Below are positions 50,701 to 61,340 of a DNA stretch of 64,000 nucleotides, piece after piece. Under the pieces are notes generated by a model. That model was given only the letters and a program-made list of their open reading frames with translations. It was not told the DNA's origin and searched no databases. The position numbers were made by a program, and so were the translations under genes. The stretch's first letter is position 1, and the number at the start of each line of letters is the position of its first letter. The stretch is from Lama glama (taxonomy: Eukaryota). The stretch covers positions 101,742,001-101,806,000 of the forward strand of contig CM052816.1 in assembly GCA_028534125.1 (NCBI GenBank), written 5' to 3'.

Positions 50701-53700
50701 TTTCTCCATCTTTTTCATGAGTTTCCACTGAGGGCCTGCGGACCTGTCAGTGTTCCTCACCTCCGTGAACACACGTCCTTTTAGGGTATCTTCTTCGCAA
50801 GATCTCCTCCACGGCCTGGCCTGCCCTTCTGCTCTCTTGATGGCTCTGACTCGGCCGATCCATCAGTCTCTCTTCAGGGACAGGGTTTTGTCCCAAGAAG
50901 TCTTTCCACCTCACTCTGCCTTGTTATCTTCTGGAAACTTCCACTGTCCACTGTGCATGGTGTGAGGTAAGAGTCAGTATTCATCTTCCGTTCGGATCCA
51001 GCTCACGCAGCCCCGTTTGCTGACAAGAGCAGCACCTCCCCACCTCCGGGCAGTGCCGCCTCCGTTGGAAGCCCACACCTGCTCTGAACCTCCAGTTCCG
51101 CCTCCCGGGTCTGTCTGGCCACGGCTGTACTGATCCCACCCATCCCAGCCCCTGAGCCTACGGGGTCTTGTCTCCGGACTACCCGTCCCCAGTGATCAGC
51201 ACTCCCGCCCCACCCCCAGGTGGCCTTAGATGTGCTCCGCCCTCTGCACTTCCAGTTGGCTTGTCGATGTCTCTCCAGACTTCCTGCTCAGTTTTGTGGC
51301 GATGTCAGTAGTCCTACAATTTGTTCTGACATCTTTGGAATGTTGCTGAGTCCTCCCATTCGTGAATGTGACACATCCTCCAATTACCTGGGTCTTCTTT
51401 AATTTCTCCAAATGACGGTTTCTGTTTCTCGTGTGGAGGTCTGGCGTCTCATCTGGTTAACCCGTTACTAGGAGTTCAGTGTTTTCCACCTGCTGTTGAA
51501 GGACAGCATTTCCCCCGTGGTTTTGACAAAGGAAAAGACTGTGCTGACTGCTGAGCTCTGGGCACCAAGGGTCTCACAGTAAACTAATGAGCGGGCATTG
51601 TGGTCCACGTTACTCTCTCATGAGTTTTAGCGGGTGACCTCAAGCTTCGCAGAACCCCAGGGGCTCCCCACTGCCCCAGTCACCGCCTCCACATCCCTCA
51701 GACAATTAACAAAAGGGATACACAGTGTGAGCCTGCGGCTTAACCAGCACAGGAGGCAGGTTAACTTGAGGGAGGGCAAACAGAGCTGGAAGGGGCGTTA
51801 CTGGCAGAGGCAAATTCGAAGACATGTTAAATGCGAACATTCTTCTGGGGTGAGAAACCAAGTTCGGTGCTAATTAGTGTGGCCGCCTTCTGTCTTTCCT
51901 CATCTCCTAGGGTCTGATTCCTACAAACAAGGTCAAGGAAAACACATGGTGGGGAACGTGCGAAGGAAGGAGGGAAAACACGACGATTATTCAGATGGCT
52001 AAAAGCCAGCCCGACTGGTCCCATCAGTGTGTCCTCATCTTGGCCTTTCTGTGGAGCTGAGCACAAAAGTGCAACCGTTTCCACATGCGGCTCGTTCCAG
52101 CAGGGACCGTCTTCTGTGCGAGGGTGCGTATATCCGTTATCCGTGCTTGTGGACGCTTAACTGCTTCCTCCCGCAGCCCCTGACATCCGCACGGTTCACA
52201 CGGGACCTGCCCCCCCGCCTGCTGACCTCCCAGAGGACCGACAGCTCCTTGAGGCAGCAAATGTCAACAGCGACCAAAACACACACCTAAGTCTGTTTAT
52301 TCATCTCAGGGGTGCTGAAGTGGAAGACACCGAAACCGCTCAGGCTGTGATAGGAAATACCTGGTTCCTGACTTTCTGTAAAGCATTTTGCCCCAGAAGC
52401 TCACAATAGTACAAAGCTGTTCTAAGATGTTCGTGAAATTCTCTGCGTAAGCTAGAGGCACTGCTAATGACTTAATGACATTTGGAAACAATTTCTTTAG
52501 AATAAGGCAGAACTTTTTTTTTTAACTTCTAACACTTTAGAGGAAATAGCCAAGCTCCAAGAAAACAAAAGATCCAGTTAGCAAGTTCAGACCTGGAATC
52601 AGGTCTCCTCTGCAGGGCACCTGCATTTCTCAGGAAGCCAAACCCAGTGATAAGGCCAAATTTTGTCCAAAAGCAGGTGGCTCTGGGCATCTGGAGAATT
52701 CACAGAGCAACACAGGAGACAGTGATTGGAACCAAAAGAAATTCTGAGCCTGCAGAAGGCAGGCCAAACCATATTTCGCAGAGCCCCGTCCTGCACACAT
52801 CCGCAGTAGGACGTGGAAGCCTTCGTTATTTGGGGTTGGAATCTGCCGTGCCCACAGCCAGCGGTGATGTGAGTGGGAGCTGCTTGAGGGGACCCCAGAG
52901 CCAGGGAGCCAGCCACCCAGCTATGCCACCAAGCTCGTCTTCACTGCCTGCTACACACAGCCTCCCTAGAGTGATGGACGAGGCACCTGTGGGAAGCAGA
53001 CTTGGGGGGAGGCAGCAGGGCTAATTGGGTGCTGAACTGTCACGGGAGACAGATCAGGTGGCATAGTTCATGGGTCAGGAGCAGCCAAGGAGGAAGAGGC
53101 CTCAGGTGCCCCCCCCCCGGGGCGGGGCTGGTGATGGGGACGCCTCCCGCAGTGGCCCCCTTGCCCCCAGCGCCCCCAAGGGCCCAGCCGCAGCCCCGTG
53201 GGTGGACATGCTGTGGCTCCTTGGGTGGAGCAGGATGTCGTCACCCAACCCTAGGGGGGCAGAGCCGGCTCGACCCCTGTGGTCTGACCCGGAGTCCCTT
53301 GGAGGTCCCGCCCCCACACCTCACCAGCCAGGTCCTCCACGAGGGACACACCTCCACCTGCCGCAGGGACTGTCCCAGGGCCAGGACAGGACAGGGTGTG
53401 GCAGTTGCTCTGTGTGGGTTCAGGTGGCAGGAGAGCCGACCGAATGATTGAGGAATCGCTTCTCAGAATCACCAGCAGAGCGACAACCACTTCGGTTTTG
53501 GAAGTGACACAAAATGATGGTTGTCGTGGAAACTAGATCAAACGCTCCAGTGGCCTCCAGGGCTCAGGCCAACCAGAATTCTCAGCGTGTCAGGGCCCCA
53601 CACTTCCTCTGCCCTCGGCGTCTGCCCACCACCTGGCTTTCTGCTCGTCCAGTGAGATTTTCGTTATCAACTCCACGTCCCAACTCCCAGCTCCAAACCC

Positions 53701-54995
53701 CCGTCTCATCACTTGGCTCTGATCCCAGATGCTGCAGACACCTCCCCTCGCCTGCAGAGGTACTCGGGCTCTGCGGGCCCGTCGGGGCCCCCAGCGGGCA
53801 GCTCCTGGCAGCCTCCAGGCCAGCACCCTCCCTGGGTCAGGCCAATGTTGCAGCAGGCGGGCTTCTGCCAGCCAGCTGGCCTGGGGCCCTCAGTGGGCTC
53901 GCCGTCGCCCAGGCCACCACCTCGCCCTCGCCCTCGCCGATGAAGGGGTCTCCAAACCGCTCCTCTGGGCGCCCGGCCCCAGCCCGGGCACGGCTGCCCT
54001 CCACCCGCTCTGTGCCCCTTTCCCGCTAGTGCTGTGTCACTGGGTAGTGCTCCTTTACAGTTAACTCATAGTAACTCTGTATGAAACTGTTCGAAGCACT
54101 GCAGTTTCTGACTCCGAATGGGGCTCTGACAGACACACTGTGTTCTTCCTTTTCCCGGGTTCTGTTCTGCTCTCTTACATCTGCCTGTTTGTATCTTGAA
54201 TTCCTCGGCGAGCACCAGGGCCCTGTGCTATTCACTGTGTGGTCCGCTCCCTCTGGGGGTGTGTCTGCGGCGCGGGCTGTGGCCGCGCCCGAGCCGAGCC
54301 GGCTCCTCCTCAGTCCTCAACAACTGCCTCACTGGGTGCGAGTTCGGGTTTCCAGCGACAGCTTGGATTTCCCATGAGAGACTTCTCTGCCTTCCCAGAG
54401 GCCAGACCAGGCCCCTCCTCCTCTCCTGGGCCAGAGGTGGGACTTTTCTTCGAGCCGCCCTCCCAGGACCCCAGTGTTTGGTGGGACTGACCCGGCTGTC
54501 TGCCCCAAGCTCTGGAACCACACAAGCTGGGATGGCCTGAAGCAACGTTCCCAGCAAACTATCTGCACATCAACGCCGGCTTTCCCAGAGCCCACGCTGT
54601 ATCTGGGGCCCGGAACGCCACCGTGCTGGTGAGGACGAGTCCACAGCCGGCCCTGACCAGCCTCTCCCCAGTGAGGAGCACGGGAGGCTGGGCCACAGCC
54701 GGCACGAGTCCCTGCCCTTTAGGCCGGGACGCCCAGGACCCGCCAGGCCTCTCGCCGTCACAAGGCTGGGGTGTGCAAATCCTCATCTGACAAAAGCTCC
54801 GTGATTTAAAAAGCTTGATCTTGGAGATGATTCAAACCTGGAGGACAACAGGCGTCTATGAGGTAGCAGAACAGAACATGCAGCGGACGGAACAGCTGTG
54901 CTTACCTGGTGGAAGCCCAGGTAGTCCGCAATCGTCGCTGACGCGTAGAATATCACGCCTTCGGCGCTCACGACCAGAGCGAAGCCGCGGAGGGA
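40723..54995 (-). CDS. AHRR: Aryl hydrocarbon receptor repressor, last seven coding exons (5'-partial; bHLH exons lie beyond the window end)
   Basis: PAS-A segments [55 protein letters not shown] and [22 protein letters not shown]-terminal repressor domain with SUMO motifs IKME, LKTE and VKRE. Confidence 0.97.
42195..42336 (-). CDS. AHRR: AHRR exon (142 bp)
   Basis: cgacag|[47 protein letters not shown]|gtaagt; phases fit both neighbours. Confidence 0.9.
42501..42562 (-). CDS. AHRR: AHRR exon (62 bp)
   Basis: tcacag|[20 protein letters not shown]|gtactt. Confidence 0.9.
42990..43070. mobile_element. MIR SINE core fragment
   Basis: aaatgaggctcagaagcattaagtgacttgtctgaagtc...caggattcaaatcc. 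Confidence 0.65.
43690..44600. promoter_or_regulatory. Intronic CpG island in AHRR
   Basis: Dense CpG; 22-bp direct duplication ggaagccccgcggctcctgcgc at about 43773-43816. Confidence 0.65.
45141..45340 (-). CDS. AHRR: AHRR exon (200 bp)
   Basis: [49 protein letters not shown]...TTDT|gtgagt. Confidence 0.96.
45989..46143. repeat. (TCCA)n degenerate tetranucleotide repeat
   Basis: Direct reading of the sequence. Confidence 0.92.
47364..47500 (-). CDS. AHRR: AHRR exon (137 bp)
   Basis: [46 protein letters not shown]|gtgagt. Confidence 0.96.
48331..48460 (-). CDS. AHRR: AHRR exon (130 bp)
   Basis: ttgcag|[43 protein letters not shown]|gtgggt. Confidence 0.96.
49695..49991. repeat. 18-bp minisatellite (consensus CACCTGGAGTCTCCCCCT), about 16 degenerate copies
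   Basis: Direct reading; produces HLESPP / LQVRGR repeats in the ORF track. Confidence 0.93.
50030..51500 (-). mobile_element. Old LINE-1 3' half, antisense on +, highly diverged
   Basis: L1 3' motifs (caggagtggagttactgggcc, gtggtttcttttgtggtcttaattagc, ggtgtgaggtaagagtc, gttgctgagtcctcccattcgtgaa). Boundaries approximate. Confidence 0.6.
54906..54995 (-). CDS. AHRR: AHRR exon (90 bp, PAS-A start)
   Basis: ttccag|[30 protein letters not shown]|gtaagc. Confidence 0.96.
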
Positions 54996-55279
54996 CTGGA
55001 AGGAAAAGCAGAAACTGAGTCGGCTCCTAGGCACGTCTGCGGAGTCACCGAAGCCGGAAAAGTCACGCATTAACTCCGTTTGCGTTTTCAGCCGCTGCTC
55101 CCTAGTTGTGTGGTCCACGTTCATGGCCTCCAGGAAGGCCTACTTTCAGTTTATTTATGGCCGTTTTGCAGATGGTCCCAGGCTAGCAGGAGACATGGGG
55201 ATTCGGTCGCATTTGTAAGGCTCAGGACTTGGGTTCTCCTATTTCTAGTGATGAGCAAATTTAAGTTTTATAAAATGTA

Positions 55280-55790
55280 AACATCATCACGATGAGATGA
55301 GAAACCAAAACAGGGACCTTTGTGTCACCTGTGTGGACTTCCCCATTCGAGCACCCTCTTCTGTGTTCTGATTTTTCTGAGAATTTTTATCATGAAAAAA
55401 TGAGTTCCACAGAGTTTCCACATCCACGGAAACCATCACATGGATGTTCCTCAGTCTGTTGACGTGGGGAGTTACACTGACGGACGTTCTGATGGGGAAG
55501 CATTCTTGCCTGTATGGGGCAGACCTCATCTGATCGTAACTTTTAATACACTCCTGAAATCGATTCATTTCACCTAGGAAATTTCCATCTATAGTTGATG
55601 AAATCCAGCCTACAAACTCTTCTTCTTATTTCAGTGTCAGGGGCATCTGATCATCAAGAAGTGGCTGGGACCCCTGCTCTCTTCTTCCAATTTCTGGACC
55701 CACTTGTTTACAGTGAGGATGTGTATTCCTTGACAGTTTGGTTCACCTCGCCTCTAAGACCCTCCAGTTTGGGTGCATTTGGTGTATAAC
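55280..55790 (-). mobile_element. LINE-1 ORF2 (RT-region) fragment, inverted relative to the adjacent L1
   Basis: T-rich on +, resembling antisense L1 ORF2. Confidence 0.55.
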
Positions 55791-55799
55791 CCTCCTCAA

Positions 55800-57330
55800 G
55801 AAACTAGAGACGGCAGAGACAGTCACGTACAACATCAGGAGAAGAAAAATTGAAATGAGAGAAAAAAATCAGTGAAAAGTGTTTAGTCAAATAATAAAGA
55901 TTGTCAACAAGGTGAAAAAATGGCTTTTTGAAAAGATTAATAAAATTGATAAACCCCTAGAAATACTGAACAAGAAAAATGTAAATTACCGACAGCAGGA
56001 ACTCTGAAGAAGACGCCACGACAGACCCTGCAGGCACTAAACACAGCAAGGAGACACTAAGAATGCTGCTGAGGAAATTAAGTGCCTTAGATGAAAGGGA
56101 CAAACGCTTTGAAAAAGATTAACGGAAGTGTTACTAGAAGAGCTAGAAAATCTAAGTGGCCCAGTAGCTATCAAACACATTGAGTCTGTGGTCAGAGCCT
56201 TCCCACTAAGAAAACTCCTGGCCCAGATCAAAGACACATACAATGCCCAGGACTGAATCTGAAAAGAAAAGCAAGGCCTGGAAGCAGTGCAGAGAGAAGA
56301 CCCAGACAAACAGGAGGTGTTGAAGCTCCCGGGTCACAACCTCGGCAGAGTCAGGACGTCCCGCCTCCCTGAACCGATCTATAAAGTCATCTCAGTCACA
56401 GGGACAGCAGGGTGCTTTCTTTTTGTAGAAACTGATGAGGTGATTCTGATATTTATGTGGAAATAAAGGGCCCAGAATTGCCAAAGCAATGTTGTTAAAG
56501 GAGAGCAGAACTGCGGGACGGATGCTGACCGACTTCACGACTCACTGCAAAGCTGTGCCAATCACGACAGTGGGTGTTGGCGTGAGGACAGGCGAGCGCT
56601 AGGCCGAGCCAATGAGGGAGGGAGAGTCTTCGAAAGAAATGTGTCTGGGGCAGCTGGTTATCTGTGCAGGAAAGAGAAAGCAAAGCAAAAGCACCCCTGA
56701 CTCTTATCTCATTCCACACACAAAAATTAATTCAAGAGATACCTTAGACCTAAACATAAAACACTTCGAGAATCACAGAGCTTGTAGAAGAAAGTATAGG
56801 AAGACACCTTTGTGAGTCTGGGGTGGGCAGATCTGGACAGGATACAGAACACTAACGCTTAAGGGGAACAGGTCATGACCTGGACTTTAATAAATGACGA
56901 GACAAGCCACAGACTGAGGAAAAATACAGTACACCGGCAAAGGACTTTATCCGGATACATAAAGAACTTCTACAAAAACCGTTAAAAGAAGAACAACCCA
57001 ATCTTTAAAATTGGGCAAAAAACTCAAAGAGACACTTTACGGAAGGAGACAGAAGAACACCCACAATGCAATGGAAACACACCAGCGTCATCCGTCGTCA
57101 GGAGCCCGCAGCCTACAGCCACTGTGAGACTCCGTCTCACACGGAGTAGGGTGGCGACGGGCAGGAGGACTCGACGACACTAAATGTTCCGGGAATGAGA
57201 AGCAAACTGGTAAGACTATGAGACGGAACCCTGTTCTGCTGCAAAGCCACGCTTCAGCCACGAAAGCTCAGTTTGGAAAAGAAGATCACAGCACTCACAA
57301 AAGTGTAAGACACTCGATGGAGCTCTTACT
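55800..57330 (+). mobile_element. Old LINE-1 ORF2/3' fragment
   Basis: tggctttttgaaaagattaataaaattgataaacc, cccagaattgccaaagcaat, acacaaaaattaattcaaga, atacataaagaacttctacaa. Confidence 0.75.
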
Positions 57331-58419
57331 CAAGAGGAAGCACTCAGTGTTAAACAGTCTGCAGACAACCTGAGGTGCTGGGCGCTCACAGGCGGCTAGG
57401 ATGAGGCTGCCGCTTGGAGTGGAGCCGCAGCCCCCTGGGTAACACGGGCAGGGTCAGGAAGGGAGTGTCGCCCAACTCTCTGCCTTGTTTCAAAGTTCGG
57501 GGTGACCTTCTGACACAGAGGTGCAAATGCCAGGGCAGTGGCTTTGCAAGAGGATTTAGACCTTGTGCTGACTTTTCTGAGCAAGAAACCCAAGCCTCAC
57601 ACAGCACCCCGCTGCACCTCTGCTTCAAACGGTCTAGCACCAGAGTGACCATTGCATCACAAGGCCCGTCACTGGCCGCCTGCCCCTGAGCCCCAGTGAA
57701 CTGAAAATTGACCCCGTGTGACACCCCTGTCCCCTGGAACGTCTCCAGGAACCAGACAGGCTGTCATTTGTCCATAATTCCTGTGCAGCTCCAGGGAGGA
57801 GTGTCTGGACTCACTGCCCTCACATCTTTGAGTACCGGATGGAAAGTCCAGTGTTTGCCTGGACCTTGTCCCAGTGGGCTGGTCAGGAGTTTGTGAATGT
57901 GCCCAATCCCCACCCCCAAATGCCTCTGCTGTTGGGCACCTAGTGTTTCCTGGGTTGGGGGGGAATCTACGAAACATTCCTTTGGGATTTGCTTGCTGTA
58001 TTGTTTAACAAAAGACCAAATTCTCCTGTATGGAGACCGGCAGAAAGGAAGAGGCGCCTTTCCTTCCAGTACAGGATCCTTCACCAGGACGTGGAGCTGA
58101 CCCCGGAGGACAGGTGTGAACAGCCTTGTCCTGCAAGTCCGTCCTGCACGGACTGAACCGTGCGTTGGCCTGGGGGTGGGGTAGTGGAAGACCTCTCACT
58201 GTCTCTGTGCCCTTCAGAGGCACTTTACCCAAAGCTATGAAGCCTTCCCCCCACCTCCACTGGCCTGGAGGTTTTCCTACAGCACTTGGGTCCCCAGACC
58301 TGTGGCGAGGCTGGCCCCTGTAGCTGTGCCCCTCAGATGCTGACCCAGCCGAGACAGTGCATTTGGCAGCGCCAGGTTTCCTCACATTGTGGTAGAATCT
58401 GGGTATCCTTCTAACCACC

Positions 58420-58715
58420 TGTAGCACATGGTTCAGTGGCATTAACACGTCCACACCGCTGTGCGGCACCACCACCGCCAGAACTTCCTCATCGTCCCCA
58501 AGTGACGCGCTGTCCCCATCAAGTGCTGACCCCCAGCCCCGGCCCCCGTCCTACTTCTGTCTCTGAATCTGCCCCCCCAGGGCCACGTACAAGTGGACTC
58601 ACAGGGATCTGTCTTTTTGTGACAGGCTTTTTCACTAGAATAACACCCCCAGGGTCACCCACTTGTAGACTGTGCCGGAACGCCCTTCTTTAAGGCTGAC
58701 TAATGCTCCTCTGAT
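58420..58715 (-). mobile_element. LINE-1 3' end fragment (L1M-like)
   Basis: ttcagtggcattaacacgtccacaccgctgtgc...ctacttctgtctctgaat...aaggctgactaat. Confidence 0.6.
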
Positions 58716-60834
58716 GTGCTGCCCGCACCGCCGGCCCACATCCCCCAGGGCGTCTGGGCTGTTCCAGCTCCCAGCCACTGGGGCACCAGTGAGCACCCTC
58801 AGGAAGGGAGGTGCCCGAGGAGAGGATGGGCACTCACCTCCACAGCCTCCTCTCCCTGCAGCCTTCCTGCGAGGAAGGAGGCGTCCCTGCAACCTTCCTG
58901 CGAGAAAGGAGGCGTGTGATGAAGTCAAACCCACTGCCCTCAGAGCCCTGAGTCTCTAAGGAGGAGGCTCAGCCCAGGCTCTCAGCCTGCAGCTCACTGG
59001 CAGTCCCGGGGGGGCCTCAAGTGCCTCACCTGGGAAGCTGCCTGGATTCCATCTCCTCCCTCCCGACCCCGGGCCCAGTGGGGTCTGGCGCCCCCCGGAG
59101 GGTGGCGGGCTTCCAGGCCACCCGCTGTGCGCAGTGACCGGACACTCAGGCCAGGAAAGCCTGCCCTGAATCCTCAGCCTCACGCCTTATCCAGAGGCAG
59201 CGGCCGCATCCCAGGAGGAGGACCCTGTAGCCCCACCCCCGGGGTCTGGGACAGCACTGGGTCCACCATGGGGCGGTCAGGAAACAAGGCGTCCATTCTC
59301 CTTACAGACTCAGGACAAGGGTGGTCGTCTGGACACACCCCTGACCGTGAGAGCTGATGGCGGCAGTGGCCCAGGTGACTGAACCCAGGCACCCCACGGT
59401 GCCAGGCAGTGATGACTGCGAGGGCCTCATTCCTCCCACAGGCTCAGCGTCTGGCCCCGGGCAGCCAGAGTGGGCGAGGTGGGCGCCCGGCTGTGCCGCC
59501 GGGAATCCACACAGCGTCCCCATCTCAGAGGCCACGCAGACTCCTGACATCCCACTAATCATAGTCCAAGGACTGAAGAAATGCTCAGGCTTTGAGTACA
59601 TAAAATGCCGTCTCAAAAAAGATTTTATGAGATTAGTCACAACCAAAAGCAACCTTAATTTTAACTCACAAGGCAGAAATTTTAAAAAGCAAAAAGGACC
59701 ATAAAATGAAGTTTGCCGAGTCATATGGATTCAATATCAGATGGACGCTCTGGTCCAGAACCATCACGCCAAATACTTTTACACATGTGGGGCCGCCTTT
59801 CAAACATGCATCGCAAACGTTTGTTTGTCTTCTCTCCCCTTCTCTTTTTAATCCTACAAGAGTTTTGTGTTTTTTTAAACATGGTACATGGAAAATGAGA
59901 TCACTTTTCCAAGCGGAAAAAAGAATTTGGCCCCAAGCTGAAGGCCGCGCTTTCTTAAGGGGAGAAACAAGCACATGTAGGTTCAATTACTAGAAGTCAC
60001 GGAACGTGCACCTGCCACGCTGAGGGGACGCGGGGCCACGCAGGCGAAGTGGCCCTGGCGCCCCCGGCCCCTCTGCCCGGATAGAGGCAAAGTGTGGGAA
60101 GCCCTTGAGTATCCTGATCGCTTCCAGCCCGTGGCAGAAAAAAGAGCCAGCAAGTACTTCAAAGATCGCTTGTCAAGGTCATGGCAGAGGAAGGAGAAGA
60201 GGGAAAAGGAACAATTCCAGCAGCCCCTCTCATCGCCCCTCCCTGGAATGAAAGGAAGTTGGGAGCAGCACCCTCCCGAGAGCTGTTGCTGCGGTTACAG
60301 AGAGCAACACACGGCCAGGGCCGCCAGTCACGCGAGCGAGCGAGGGGCACCGGGCGTGTCGGGCAGCCGCGGGGCCCTGCTGGAGCCAGATCACTCGCTG
60401 GGCCTCGCCGTGGGGCCCGCGTGCGTGCGAGCTGCTCCTGCTCGGGGAGCGGATCGCTGGCTGTTTATAGATCCCACAAACAGTAGACTCGGCCTGGGGC
60501 TCCTGCCACGGAGCAGCCACGGCACTTGAAAGCAGCTGGCTGATGGGGGCAGGACCATAAGGGGGAGGCAGGTGCGGGCCCCCAGGCCCTGGGAGCCAGC
60601 CCGGTCCCCACTCTGCTCTTCCACCGCCCTGGGCCCTCTAGGTCTTTCTTTTCAGGTGAATGACTTCGCTGTGGCACAGACACCCGGGCCGCAGAGGTGC
60701 AGGATGGTGAGGTTGGGCCTGGGGCCCCACATCCTGGTGGGAGCGAAGCCCAGATCTGGGCACAGACATGGCCACTGCAGACAACTCTCTTCCTTCCCTG
60801 GGGGAGTGCGACTATTTCAAAACCACCTCAACCA

Positions 60835-60945
60835 AGGGCTGACTTTTCAGCTGTGTGACCTTGGACAAGCTAATTAACCTCCCTGGGCCTCGGATTCCTC
60901 ATTGAGAAACGGGAATGACAGAAATGACTGCCTCTGAGGTTAAAC
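60835..60945. mobile_element. MIR SINE fragment
   Basis: ctgtgtgaccttggacaagctaattaacctccctgggcctcggattcctcatt...gggaatgac. Confidence 0.75.
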
Positions 60946-61199
60946 AAGCACGCCCCGCAGAGTGAGCCCAGAATTAACATTGCTGCTGCTGATCAGAACG
61001 CAGCGTTTTGTGCTGGGCTCTGATTCACCGAGAGTGTTGACTGTTTTCTAGAGCGAACAAAGCCTATTTTTAACGCTGGGACCAACTTTCAGATTGCAAA
61101 CATCTTGGTGTGAAGTTTAGTTCAGGAGAAGCAGCTGTGGACAGTCAACAAGCAGACTGTGACAGAGAAGGAAGCAGGCCCACCCTGACGGAACGCTGG

Positions 61200-61340
61200 T
61201 GCTTGGGGCTGCACCCCTGATCCCCCAAATCTCTGACCTCTCTCTCCGAGTGTGTCTGGGACCACCAGCCTTGGTCTCACAGTCTTGGGTCACTCCAGAC
61301 CTTCTGGGTCAGAATCTGCCCTTGGACAAGTTCCAGACCT
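61200..61340. mobile_element. Possible MER5-like DNA transposon remnant
   Basis: ccagaccttctgggtcagaatctgcc...acaag resembles MER5. Confidence 0.35.
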
